Shown here: piece by piece, positions 33,971 to 43,456 of the stretch | Numbering within the stretch: position 1 is the stretch's first letter | Layout: every line of letters starts with the position of its first letter | IMG/VR virus record: IMGVR_UViG_3300045988_080243 | Location: 1 to 51,082 of that record | Length of the DNA stretch: 51,082 bases | From: a virus | Strand: one strand, 5' to 3' | The notes under the pieces: generated by a model | Database searches by the model: none | Told to the model about the DNA's origin: nothing | What the model saw: only the letters and a program-made list of their open reading frames with translations | Program-made: the position numbers and the translations under genes

Positions 33971-35104
33971 TCAGTTTTGACCACCGGCAGAGAGGACAAC
34001 GCCGTCAAGATTCAACAGGCCAGCGCCAGCAATCTGACGCACACGAATCTCGACATCATCATTGTCAAAGCTACCTTCACGGTAATCAACAGAGCCGCCA
34101 CCAAGCATCGTACCAGTCGCATTGTGAGCACGCAGCTCTGGGTTCTCGCGGCCACGCATGGAGGTCTTAGCGATAGTGGTCTTGTCCCCGGCCTTACCGC
34201 CCTTGGGGACAAGCGCCCAAGCGTCGTCACCAACAATGGCGCCAATGAGATCAGATTCGACAACCTCAATGTTAGTCAGCGTATTAGTGCTGATCGTGGT
34301 CGTCTTGCCATTGGTCGTGCGAATCTCACGGATAGCAAGAATCTCACGCGCAAGCTGAGCCTGAGCAGGCGAGCAAACCAGAGCGAAACCACCCGGAACG
34401 GTAACAGTGCGACCAGACTCAGACTTGGTGTTAAGAGCCTGCCAACGAGCAGCAGTGATAGCACCGTAAGAAATACGCGCATCCTTGCCGTTCGCACCGG
34501 GAATGGCCTCGCCCTTGAACTCGGCAGGAACCTTCGACAGGTCAAGCTGACGACCCAGATTGGTCTTGATGTTCTTGGTACGAGGGTCGAACAAGGTCAT
34601 AAGGACCAGGAGGTCTTCAGTGCGAGCCGCGAGACGGCCCGCGTCAGTCGGCAGCTTCTCAATCGTGTTCCAATCGTCATTGACGATTGCTTCGAACGAG
34701 AATTGAAGACGCGCGCCATGCTTGCCAACCTCAACGAAACGGCCATTGCCGGTGTACGTCAGGGTCGGGTAAGAGGACAGCTCAGGAATCGCGGGCAGCG
34801 TGTCCTGGATAGGCGAGAAGCCCCCGTTGTCGATAGGCATCGACGCAATGTCCGAGTTCAGCGACAGGTAAGCAGCAGGACGGAAGTCGTTGAGAAGAAC
34901 CTTCTCAGCGATCTTCGGCCAAATCGAGTCGTAAGACTCGTAAGCGTTAACAAACTGCACATTAGCAGCATTAACGAACATCGTAGGAGCAAGGCTGTCA
35001 GTGGTGACAGCCTCCTTCAGCTTAGCCTGAGCGATCTTATCGCCAGCAAACGAGCCTTCCAGCAACTCGTTGAACTCAAGCTGCTTTTCCTCAAAAGTAG
35101 TCAT
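33971..35104 (-). CDS. Major capsid protein (377 aa)
   Basis: Size and position between the scaffold or decoration genes and the connector genes; followed by a terminator. Confidence 0.8.
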   Translation of the reverse strand: MTTFEEKQLEFNELLEGSFAGDKIAQAKLKEAVTTDSLAPTMFVNAANVQFVNAYESYDSIWPKIAEKVLLNDFRPAAYLSLNSDIASMPIDNGGFSPIQDTLPAIPELSSYPTLTYTGNGRFVEVGKHGARLQFSFEAIVNDDWNTIEKLPTDAGRLAARTEDLLVLMTLFDPRTKNIKTNLGRQLDLSKVPAEFKGEAIPGANGKDARISYGAITAARWQALNTKSESGRTVTVPGGFALVCSPAQAQLAREILAIREIRTTNGKTTTISTNTLTNIEVVESDLIGAIVGDDAWALVPKGGKAGDKTTIAKTSMRGRENPELRAHNATGTMLGGGSVDYREGSFDNDDVEIRVRQIAGAGLLNLDGVVLSAGGQN

Positions 35105-35116
35105 TAGTTAAACCTT

Positions 35117-35608
35117 TCAGCCCAGGAGACGAGTGTCGAGAACAACCTGGTAAATGCCATCCTTAACGGCAGCATTGTACGGTTCCTTCACCCAACCGAG
35201 CACAACGTCCGCGCCAGCCTTAGTGAAGGTAATGGTGGGCTTGGCACCAGCCGTCGCAGCCTTCAGGTACACGAGCGTGCCAGGCTTGAACGGCGTCGGA
35301 GCAGTACCGTCAACCTTGAGCGCGAACACGCCGCCCTTCACGCGAACCGAGGCGTGCTTGGCGCGGTTCAGACCATACGTCGGCTTAGTCAAAGCCTCAG
35401 CAGCAGTCGCGTAATCCGTCTTCTCTTCAGCTGGGGCGACATCCGACACCAGGATGCCAGCAATACCAGCCTCCTTGTTGACGACAACCGCGTCACCGGC
35501 CTTCAGGTGCTTCTGCGCGTCGTCAATCTCAAGCGACAAAGTGTCGCTGTACTCAAAAATCTGGTTATCCTTGTTACCCGTCAGAGGGAACTTCTTGATA
35601 CCCGCCAT
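35117..35608 (-). CDS. Capsid-associated protein (decoration / DUF2190-like candidate)
   Basis: ATG at 35608; lies between the scaffold-like and capsid genes. Confidence 0.4.
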   Translation of the reverse strand: MAGIKKFPLTGNKDNQIFEYSDTLSLEIDDAQKHLKAGDAVVVNKEAGIAGILVSDVAPAEEKTDYATAAEALTKPTYGLNRAKHASVRVKGGVFALKVDGTAPTPFKPGTLVYLKAATAGAKPTITFTKAGADVVLGWVKEPYNAAVKDGIYQVVLDTRLLG

Positions 35609-35613
35609 TAAGA

Positions 35614-36492
35614 TCACTTCCAACCAATCTTAGCGTAGGACTCCTTCAAGGAAACCCCGGCAGACTCATCAACAACGGGGGTGGCAGTCGCAGCGACAGC
35701 CTCCTTGAGATAAGCGCGCTCAGCCTCAAGAGCGGAATCGACATCCACGCCCTTCTTCACAGCTTCACGAACACGTACGACAGCCGCCTCTGGCAGACCA
35801 GACTCAGCAATCTTCTTTCCCGCATCAATAGCGGCATCGACATCGACAGATGCCTCTTCGACCTTCTCTTCCTCCTGGGACTCCTGAATAGAAGTCACAA
35901 CAGAATCGAGCTTAGAACCAAGTGCCTCAATAAGAGTAGCAAACTTAGTTTCAAGGTCGCTGAACTTGGACGCGATCTCCTTGTCCACGCCCGCCTCCTT
36001 AGTAATAGAGTTGTTTCGATTTGATTCTAGCAGATCAATAACTGCGCCACCCGCACCGGGCGTGGTAACGAAGTCAACTGAGCGAACACCAGCAAAAACA
36101 GGAACAACACCTGTTTCTGCAATTGGCTCGTTGCACCAGGCGTTAATGGAAACACCAATGTGCTCCCATTTATCACGGATAATTTCATTCACACCCGAGA
36201 ATACTTTACAGATGGTGTAGAGTGCGCCGTCTTCCCCTACTGTCGCGTCTTCAAGAAACACACCAGCATAGTCACGAATAGAACGCTCGGGGCGCTCCCA
36301 TTCCTCAGACTCAGTTGGGTGGTCGATGAACATTTCCGTGCCCGCCTTGAACAAAGGTGCAGACGCAGCCAAGTTCTCAGCAGTGTAGATACCACTCGAA
36401 CCCTGGCCGGGCACGATAATGCGGATGCGGTACTTTCCCTCACCAAGAGACTCAGTACCGACAGCCGCCGTTGACTCATGCAGCTTAAGCAT
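35614..36492 (-). CDS. Scaffolding protein (possibly protease-related)
   Basis: ATG at 36492 after AGGAGTAAGGGG. It lies downstream of the portal gene, has the N-terminal motif RIRIIVPGQGSSGIYTAENL, and has an acidic helical C-terminus. Confidence 0.6.
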   Translation of the reverse strand: MLKLHESTAAVGTESLGEGKYRIRIIVPGQGSSGIYTAENLAASAPLFKAGTEMFIDHPTESEEWERPERSIRDYAGVFLEDATVGEDGALYTICKVFSGVNEIIRDKWEHIGVSINAWCNEPIAETGVVPVFAGVRSVDFVTTPGAGGAVIDLLESNRNNSITKEAGVDKEIASKFSDLETKFATLIEALGSKLDSVVTSIQESQEEEKVEEASVDVDAAIDAGKKIAESGLPEAAVVRVREAVKKGVDVDSALEAERAYLKEAVAATATPVVDESAGVSLKESYAKIGWK

Positions 36493-37822
36493 CTGTCCCC
36501 TTACTCCTATTATCATTTGTCCCATCAGACAGGGGGCCGACACCTGTCGCACGCCCGTCCTTGGTCTCGTCGTCGCTCTTTGTCGAATTGCCCTCGTCCT
36601 TACCCTCGTCAGGCAGGTCAGGCAAATCTTCCAACGGCAAAGAGCCAGCAATCTTCAACAACTGCAACACACCTGAACGCATCTCAATCTGATGCAAGGC
36701 CCCATTCTGGTATGCGAGCGTCAAAGACTGAATACGACGGTGTGTCTGGTCATTGTTAATTGACCCGTATTCAATCGACACCTTGATGCCGAGAGCCGCA
36801 GCAATCTCATTCAGCATGTCGATGTGCAGTTGGCGTCGCAGTTCCAGCGCCTTAAACGTCGGGTCTTCCAGCGCAGTCTCAGCGCCCTGTCGTCCACCAG
36901 CAGAGCCGTCCGTCAGCAACACCGACAGGGGGATGTCGAGAGCAGCCGACACCATAGCCGCAAGAGGCGTACCAGCCGAGAAATCAATGCCAGCCCCGGC
37001 CTTGTTAATTGCCTGGATGTCTTGACCAGCGCCAATGTTCGCAGTGCCACCGACACCAGGACCAGCCATACGCTGCTGAACGGCCTGTTGCTGCCTGGAG
37101 TTGACGCTCGTCGCCTTAAAGGCCAGCTTTGCCAGGGACTTCTCCATAAGGTGCGCAACCTCAAGATGTTCCTTGTACCGCTGCGCATACGACATAGCAC
37201 TCATGAGATCAGGCTTGCCGTATTGCTCTGACATCAGCCGGTTCACTGTCGCGTACACAGCCGTCAAACGCTTGTTCACCTTGTAGTTAGACTTAGTGAT
37301 CTTCACACCCACACGATCCCACAGCATGTACCACTGTGGATCACCGCTCATGACAGGGTTAATGAGCAGAGCAACGACATCCCCGGTTGCATCATCAGTC
37401 GCCACACCACCAAGGCGCATGAGCGGAACAGGCGTAACAGTCTTCGTCGCCTTGTCGATCAAGTAAATGACGCAACCATCCGTGTTGAACGACTGCTCAT
37501 CTCGAACACGGGCCTGAACACTAAAGCACGCCTTCGCGTTCTCATCAATCACCTTACGAGCCGGTCGCGTCTCACCCTTATACACAACTGGGTCTGCCCA
37601 CATATAGCCATTACGGACAACCAAGCCACGCTTCACAATAGGGTTAAGCGTAGCCAAACGACGCGCACGCGCGGAATGATCCCTAATCACATCAAGAGTA
37701 ATCAGAGAATCAGGGCCTTCGACAGCAGACAAAGGCAACCAGCCAATGTCTTCGCGCTTGAGACGCGCTAGGGTGTCGGAAAAGGCCCCCATAGCCTCTC
37801 TAAACGTCTGCTCATACTTCAT
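36485..37822 (-). CDS. Portal protein (445 aa)
   Basis: Size and position directly downstream of the terminase large subunit. Confidence 0.85.
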   Translation of the reverse strand: MKYEQTFREAMGAFSDTLARLKREDIGWLPLSAVEGPDSLITLDVIRDHSARARRLATLNPIVKRGLVVRNGYMWADPVVYKGETRPARKVIDENAKACFSVQARVRDEQSFNTDGCVIYLIDKATKTVTPVPLMRLGGVATDDATGDVVALLINPVMSGDPQWYMLWDRVGVKITKSNYKVNKRLTAVYATVNRLMSEQYGKPDLMSAMSYAQRYKEHLEVAHLMEKSLAKLAFKATSVNSRQQQAVQQRMAGPGVGGTANIGAGQDIQAINKAGAGIDFSAGTPLAAMVSAALDIPLSVLLTDGSAGGRQGAETALEDPTFKALELRRQLHIDMLNEIAAALGIKVSIEYGSINNDQTHRRIQSLTLAYQNGALHQIEMRSGVLQLLKIAGSLPLEDLPDLPDEGKDEGNSTKSDDETKDGRATGVGPLSDGTNDNRSKGTDA

Positions 37823-37835
37823 GCTAATTATCCTA

Positions 37836-40400
37836 TCACGCTAGAAATACCGACAACTCTTCCTCGAACATGAAGTCCAAGAGGTCATCCTCTTCGAGCA
37901 GGTCATCCGGCGAGTAATACTGGCCTTCTGCATCACCAGCCATAATTGCCCCAATATTCTGGTATGCATAAATGACAGCATCAAGAACGTCAGGCGACTT
38001 AATGCCACGCTTACGCATATTTTCCTTCGATTCGATAAGCATTGCCGACCCGCGATACTCGTACTTAATCGAAGCGATTTCGTTGTGAAGTTCATCGTCA
38101 TCCGGCAGGAAGACTCGACCATCAGCGACAGCTTTAGCGAACTGATCGTACATAGCAGCGCGGTAGTTGTACCACTTCGTGCTATCCCCAGACTTTGCGT
38201 TGCCGTGGATACCAACGACAGACATGCTAGGCGGCACGTAATTGTAGATACTATCGAGAACAGATGCACCGACACCAATCGCGTCAATACGAATCTCGAC
38301 AGCCCCCAGCTCCGTGGCCAGCTCACCAACCTTGCGCGCAAGCTCAGGACCATTCAAACCTTGGTAGCGGCCATGAATCCTGATGTAGCCACCCTGGTTC
38401 GACACGATCACAGAGCTGTCGGAACCATAACGTGCCACATCGACGCCCAGAGTGATCGGCATGCCCTCATCCGGCTCGGAGGTGTCGTAGGCTTCCATGG
38501 ACTGCATGACGCGCCCCATGTTGAACAAGCCATCGTCAGACACGTCAGGGAACTCGCCAAGGACACGTGCGACAAAGCGGGGGTCATCCTCACCCCATTC
38601 CTTCTTACGCGCCTCAACCCAGTCAACCTGCACAAGACGAGTCGCAACCTCAACAGGCACGACTTCGCCCGTGAAGTTAGGGGTGTCGTATGCTCCGAAC
38701 TGGATGATGTTCCACGAGCGTTCCTCTGGCTTCAGGCGCATCTCCCGCTTATACACCTCAGCCATGTAGCATGAGGGGTCATTGGGATTAGCAATGGCCA
38801 GAATGCGCGCGTACTTGTTGGTGGTGATTGCGTCGGCTGCGGTGAAGATTTCCTTGGAGATGCCACCCGCCTCGTCCATGATGACGAGGACGTACTGGTC
38901 GTGGACACCCTGAAAGCCGGACTCGTCCTTATCGTCCGGCTTCATACCGAAAGCAATAGGGTCCTGTCGGTCATCCATCTTCCACGTTGCATCGGCGTTC
39001 ACCTTGCCTCGGATACCTGCTACAGCCTTGACACGGGGAATCTCTTTCCACAGGACGTTACGTACCTGTTTCCAGTTCGTAGCCGTGGTGACAACTGTCG
39101 TGTCATCGACAGGGTGTGTGTCTACCCACCAGTTGACAAGGGTAGCTGAAAGTCGGCTGTTATGTGTCGGCACCATGTGCTCACCCACCAGGTACATGTG
39201 GCTCTCAGAGTCCACCTCGATACACTGGGTTGGCTCAGTCGGCACCGGCACGACATCGACAATGGTACGCACTGTCTTGCACGAAGACTGAGCGTCCTGT
39301 TCTGGGCGCTCAAGGCTCTTCACAGAACCGGGCGTGAACGGGTCGAACGTAGGGTTAAACACTATACGCCAGCGGGGCCCTGCATCTTCGCCATTCAGGT
39401 ACGTGCGCTCCTTAGAGACATTGCAGCGTACACCAAGGGAACGAACCAGCTCGACAACCCCGAGTGCCAACTGCTCGTTCATGAAGTCAATGCCGACACA
39501 CGTGCTTGTCTTTGTCCCGGCGTTGAAGCCATCAGTGTCCATGAGGCCACGCAGGAGGTCAATCCGCTGCTTGATAGATGCACGCAGGTACACCTGTGGT
39601 ATGTGCTTGTTGTTCAGCACACCAAGATCGCGCAGTTTAGCCTTGTAACCTTGATGAGTAAAAGCAAGACATTCAGCCGTATCCGAGTGATAAGAATACT
39701 GGTGAAGCTCAACACCTTTTTCAGCAAAAATATCTTTGATATGCTGCTTTCGATCACCAATCGTAATGCATGGGTTAGCTGAGTGACCATCACCAAGCCA
39801 TACACCAAGCACGTATGGGTCAATCAGCAGATCAACTTCTTGTCCGACAATGGGCGCGTTAATCGGAACGTAGTGATTAGCCTGATTCTGCTTGCCATGT
39901 CGCAGAGACGACATGATCTCCCGTGTCTCTCGGGTACGACCATAAGACCAACCATTACGCCAATCACCATCAATACGCTTACGCGCTCGCCTAGCCTCGT
40001 TAAAGTCTAGCGTCACCCATTCATGATTAGGCGAACAGATAAACTCCGCACCATCATTGAAGATGACCTTCACGAGGTCATGGTTCCAAATCTGCGACTT
40101 ACCAGTTACCTTAGTTGGGTGCCCATACTCGTCAAGAACATAGTCACCGACCTTAACCTCGCCGATAGTGGCCCATCCAGTAGGAGTAGGCAATTTTTCG
40201 GTTAACCGAAAATCCTTACCCGCCCCGTTCCCAGTAACCACAAGGGTTTTCTGATATTGAACAACAGACTGTGAAACTTCACGCTGCTTAGACCACATGA
40301 ACAAACCGTGGTCCTCAGCCCACTTAGCAGGGTTGTTGCGCCACACTTCAAGACGCTGAGCATCTGAGAATTTCTTGGCGACAGCACCAAAGGGCAGCAT
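37836..40400 (-). CDS. terL: Terminase large subunit interrupted by an intein
   Basis: Walker A TGNGAGK|...|S is split by a 352-aa insert. Walker B-like VIMDEAG and a C-terminal nuclease region follow. The mature protein would be about 502 aa. Confidence 0.9.
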   Translation of the reverse strand: MLPFGAVAKKFSDAQRLEVWRNNPAKWAEDHGLFMWSKQREVSQSVVQYQKTLVVTGNGAGKDFRLTEKLPTPTGWATIGEVKVGDYVLDEYGHPTKVTGKSQIWNHDLVKVIFNDGAEFICSPNHEWVTLDFNEARRARKRIDGDWRNGWSYGRTRETREIMSSLRHGKQNQANHYVPINAPIVGQEVDLLIDPYVLGVWLGDGHSANPCITIGDRKQHIKDIFAEKGVELHQYSYHSDTAECLAFTHQGYKAKLRDLGVLNNKHIPQVYLRASIKQRIDLLRGLMDTDGFNAGTKTSTCVGIDFMNEQLALGVVELVRSLGVRCNVSKERTYLNGEDAGPRWRIVFNPTFDPFTPGSVKSLERPEQDAQSSCKTVRTIVDVVPVPTEPTQCIEVDSESHMYLVGEHMVPTHNSRLSATLVNWWVDTHPVDDTTVVTTATNWKQVRNVLWKEIPRVKAVAGIRGKVNADATWKMDDRQDPIAFGMKPDDKDESGFQGVHDQYVLVIMDEAGGISKEIFTAADAITTNKYARILAIANPNDPSCYMAEVYKREMRLKPEERSWNIIQFGAYDTPNFTGEVVPVEVATRLVQVDWVEARKKEWGEDDPRFVARVLGEFPDVSDDGLFNMGRVMQSMEAYDTSEPDEGMPITLGVDVARYGSDSSVIVSNQGGYIRIHGRYQGLNGPELARKVGELATELGAVEIRIDAIGVGASVLDSIYNYVPPSMSVVGIHGNAKSGDSTKWYNYRAAMYDQFAKAVADGRVFLPDDDELHNEIASIKYEYRGSAMLIESKENMRKRGIKSPDVLDAVIYAYQNIGAIMAGDAEGQYYSPDDLLEEDDLLDFMFEEELSVFLA
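39159..40214 (-). mobile_element. Intein (class-3-type WCT signature) with a LAGLIDADG homing endonuclease domain
   Basis: There is no Cys/Ser at residue 1 (DFRLTEKLPTPTGW). Block B is SPNHEW, block F is QCIEVDSESHMYLVG, and block G is VPTHN followed by +1 Ser. LAGLIDADG motifs are LGVWLGDGH and LLRGLMDTDG. Confidence 0.8.
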
Positions 40401-40984
40401 TACTCACCCTCAACTTCCACAGTCGCTTCAAGCAAAGCGGCAGGCTTGTTTACAGCCTGAGAGAACCAGTCAGCCTTGTTGGTCTCCAAGGCACGCTTTG
40501 CCTTAGCAGACAGGTGCGGGTACATGAGAGCCGTGTACTCTTCGAGCACCTGATTAGTGAACGACAGCATGATGTCCACCTGCTTCTCTTCGATCACGCG
40601 AATCTCATGAGTCACCGTCTGGCGCTTCAAGTTTGCAACCTCGGAGATTTCACGCAAGACAGCAAGGACAGCCTGAAGGTTCTGGCCCCAGTTGCCCTTC
40701 TCATCAGCAAGACCGAACACCTCGATCTGGCTGTAGGCCATATCGACAAGTGCATCGAGGCGATCAAGCTGCTTGATGCGCATGTTGCGAGGTGAGAGTT
40801 CCTGTCGGCTGTCGTAGTACGACTGCTCGATGATGAACAGTTCTTCAGACGTGAAGCCTGTCGCCTTAATGATCTTGTTTCGTTCAGTGCCGCGCTTCAG
40901 CAGCGACAGGGCCATGTCGCGCTTACCACGCAGCTCTGGGTCGTCACTCGTCAGCAAATTGTGCGAGCTGTTCTGCGACATCAT
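40400..40984 (-). CDS. Terminase small subunit candidate
   Basis: Directly upstream of terL with a TAATG overlap. Call rests on the N-terminal HTH-like region and helical body. Start is ATG 40984, 40981 or 40993. Confidence 0.55.
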   Translation of the reverse strand: MMSQNSSHNLLTSDDPELRGKRDMALSLLKRGTERNKIIKATGFTSEELFIIEQSYYDSRQELSPRNMRIKQLDRLDALVDMAYSQIEVFGLADEKGNWGQNLQAVLAVLREISEVANLKRQTVTHEIRVIEEKQVDIMLSFTNQVLEEYTALMYPHLSAKAKRALETNKADWFSQAVNKPAALLEATVEVEGE

Positions 40985-41096
40985 TGAGCACATCCTTCAC
41001 AGTCTTCTCAAACTTGTTGTCTAGGTGCATATACGTACCTGCAATGCCAGCAGCCAAGCCAACTGCAAGACCCACCAGGAACCAAATAAACAGCAT
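40944..41096 (-). CDS. Small membrane protein (50 aa)
   Basis: ATG at 41096 overlaps the upstream TGA and follows GGAGGA. N-terminal TM is LFIWFLVGLAVGLAAGIAG. Confidence 0.5.
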   Translation of the reverse strand: MLFIWFLVGLAVGLAAGIAGTYMHLDNKFEKTVKDVLNDVAEQLAQFADE

Positions 41097-41338
41097 CAAT
41101 CCTCCTTCGGCACCGAAGGCAAGTCCTCTACCTTCACACCAGCCTGAACAGCAGCGACACGCACAGCATAGGCGTGTTCCTTCCACAGGAACGCTTGCGT
41201 GCGCAGCTCAGCTTCAAGATCATCACGTGCTTCTTGAATCTCTTGAGCCTTCTTGTAACGATCAGTACACAAATCAATAATCGCCTTGGTAACAAGGGTA
41301 ACGGCAGAGCACACCAGGCCCACCAGTGCCGTGTTCAT
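41096..41338 (-). CDS. Membrane-anchored coiled-coil protein (80 aa)
   Basis: N-terminal TM followed by a charged helix; SD aaggag. Confidence 0.55.
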   Translation of the reverse strand: MNTALVGLVCSAVTLVTKAIIDLCTDRYKKAQEIQEARDDLEAELRTQAFLWKEHAYAVRVAAVQAGVKVEDLPSVPKED

Positions 41339-41352
41339 ATGCTAACTCCTTG

Positions 41353-41817
41353 TTACTCACTAACGGTTGACAGGTATTCTTCCCTTGACTTGTTGTACTG
41401 TTCCTCGGCCTTCTCTAGCTTGCTCTTCGGCAGAACACCAGGTCGATACGAGTAGGGCCACACACGCAGAGCACGCCCCAAGAAGAACAATGCAATGATT
41501 ATTGACAAAATAATAACATGGAGTGGCCAGCGAACATGTGCCGTGGTCAGCACAAACTCATTAATTGACACCAACATAATGCCAACTACAGCGACAAGCG
41601 CAGCGGGGCCTTCCAACCACCAAGAACCCAACCACGCCGAAGGTGCACCCATAATCCCAGATGCGACCATTAGTACTCCCGCGAGGGTGATAACCCACGG
41701 AAGCGAACTGCAGCTCGTAATAAAGCCAAGACCAGTAATCGAGATAGCAGTGTAGATAACCACCATCACCGCCGTCACCGACCTTGGCTCTGACATAGTA
41801 CTCAGTAGATTCTTCAT
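41353..41817 (-). CDS. Four-pass membrane protein (lysis-associated candidate)
   Basis: ATG at 41817 sits 7 nt after TATAAT with no SD; four hydrophobic segments. Confidence 0.55.
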   Translation of the reverse strand: MKNLLSTMSEPRSVTAVMVVIYTAISITGLGFITSCSSLPWVITLAGVLMVASGIMGAPSAWLGSWWLEGPAALVAVVGIMLVSINEFVLTTAHVRWPLHVIILSIIIALFFLGRALRVWPYSYRPGVLPKSKLEKAEEQYNKSREEYLSTVSE

Positions 41818-41834
41818 AGCCCTTATTATAGCGA

Positions 41835-41862
41835 ACACCCCCTACCAACAAGTAGGGGGTGT
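41835..41862 (-). terminator. Hairpin ACACCCCCTA/TAGGGGGTGT between the holin-like gene and the 4-TM gene
   Basis: 10-bp perfect stem with an 8-nt loop. Confidence 0.5.
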
Positions 41863-41874
41863 CCACACTAAATG

Positions 41875-42129
41875 TCACTCATCGTCAGGAGTGCCATAGG
41901 ACGGGGCAAGATACGTGCCTCCAGTATGAGACGCTGCCAAGAGCAGTGCCACAAGGCCCAGCAACTTATCAGCCACATCGAGCCACTGTGCCGACTGCTC
42001 AGGGGCAACAAACCCATAAGCGACACCAACGGCAAGCAATGCCGCAACAATGCCGTAAATCGCCTTACGACGTTCCGGCGTCAACACTGCCCACTTCGTT
42101 CGATCTGTAGTCAAGACTTCAGGAACCAT
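41875..42129 (-). CDS. Holin-like protein (84 aa, two TM segments)
   Basis: Immediately downstream of the endolysin, SD AGGAGG, two hydrophobic helices. Confidence 0.6.
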   Translation of the reverse strand: MVPEVLTTDRTKWAVLTPERRKAIYGIVAALLAVGVAYGFVAPEQSAQWLDVADKLLGLVALLLAASHTGGTYLAPSYGTPDDE

Positions 42130-42152
42130 GTCCAGTACCTCCTAAGTAAGTG

Positions 42153-43178
42153 TTACTTAGATTCTACCAGCTTCACGATTCCATTACTGTCTTGTTCAAC
42201 GACGATGCGGCCATGGAGCAACTTACCGTCCTCGCCGAAGATCGAGCAAGCACCATCGAGGCGAGTCTGGCACAGTCCGACAGCCATAGCGCCGGTGTCT
42301 GTGAAGAAGTAGTCATCACCCTTGTACGACAGCCAGCCGGTACGCATAGCGCCGTTTTCCTCAAGGTAGTACCACTTGCCCTTCACTAACTGCCAGCCGG
42401 TTTGCATCTGTCCCTTGTCGTTCAACAGGAACCAATGCTCACCGTCCTTGATCCAGCCGGTCTCCATCTCACCATAACGTGTGTCGTGGACATTATGCAG
42501 GAAGTACCAGAAACCATCAATGTGCTGCCAGCCGACCTGCAACCAACCCTTCTCGTTGGCGTAGTACCACTTGTCATTAACGGGAAACCAGCCGGTCTCC
42601 CACGAGCCATCCTCAAGGCGGTACCACCAACCACCGTCCTGCGACACCCAGCCTTCCTTGTTGGACAGATCAGCATCAAGATTGTCGTAGTACGCCTGCG
42701 CCTTCTCGATGTACTCGCCCGAGTACTTATCACGCAAGGAAGCCGGGCAGGCAGTCGAGTAGAAGTCCGAATGGGGGAACACATTGGAGCGCCACTCAGG
42801 GCGACCAAGGCCATACGCACGACAGATAGCAGCGGTCAGATGGGCACCCGCGTCGATGGTCTCATCCCCGACATCCCATCCACCCTCAGCACCAGAGCAG
42901 TTTGCGTGCTCGATGCCAATCGACTTCTTGTTCACACCAGGGCAGTGCCAGGCTGTGTCGGAATCATGTACGAATTGGCAGATGTTGCCGTCGATGTCAA
43001 CGTTGTAATGGGCTGAAGTCCCATTATTAGTAAAGGCCCCATACACACCAGCATGTGCCATAGCCTTACCCGCATTGTGGTGGATGACAACACGATCAAG
43101 GGCGAAACCACCACGCCCCTCATCGAAGTTGCCAATCCAGATGTTGTGATCGGCAATCAGATCAGTCCAACTAATCAT
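42153..43178 (-). CDS. Endolysin: N-acetylmuramoyl-L-alanine amidase (amidase_2/PGRP) with C-terminal cell-wall-binding repeats
   Basis: Amidase motifs VVIHHNAG, AWH, SIGIEH and HSDF..TACP. About six GW..(D/K)G.W(Y/F)Y aromatic repeats of choline-binding (CW_binding_1) type. Confidence 0.9.
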   Translation of the reverse strand: MISWTDLIADHNIWIGNFDEGRGGFALDRVVIHHNAGKAMAHAGVYGAFTNNGTSAHYNVDIDGNICQFVHDSDTAWHCPGVNKKSIGIEHANCSGAEGGWDVGDETIDAGAHLTAAICRAYGLGRPEWRSNVFPHSDFYSTACPASLRDKYSGEYIEKAQAYYDNLDADLSNKEGWVSQDGGWWYRLEDGSWETGWFPVNDKWYYANEKGWLQVGWQHIDGFWYFLHNVHDTRYGEMETGWIKDGEHWFLLNDKGQMQTGWQLVKGKWYYLEENGAMRTGWLSYKGDDYFFTDTGAMAVGLCQTRLDGACSIFGEDGKLLHGRIVVEQDSNGIVKLVESK

Positions 43179-43456
43179 CGCTTAATCTCCCAAGGACCCA
43201 TGTACGACTGCTCAGCATTGATGACTTCAGTAAGGGCTTGAATACCCTCGTCTGTCACAAACACTTGCCTATGATAACTCTTCCGCTTCCCGCCGTTGGT
43301 AACAACGGGACGCACTCCGAGAAGGCCTTTAGCCTTCTCAGTGGGCATTTTAAACCCATAACCGCGCTTTAGGTACCCAGCACGACACAAGCACCGGATG
43401 ACCTTGATCGGGCCGATATCGAAAGTTCGCGCGAACTCCAACAGACTTGGTTCCAT
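43175..43456 (-). CDS. KilAC-like DNA-binding protein (93 aa)
   Basis: The pattern LLEFARTFDIGPIKVIRCL..AGYL......P.....G......VTDEG resembles antirepressor C-terminal (KilAC) domains. Confidence 0.4.
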   Translation of the reverse strand: MEPSLLEFARTFDIGPIKVIRCLCRAGYLKRGYGFKMPTEKAKGLLGVRPVVTNGGKRKSYHRQVFVTDEGIQALTEVINAEQSYMGPWEIKR

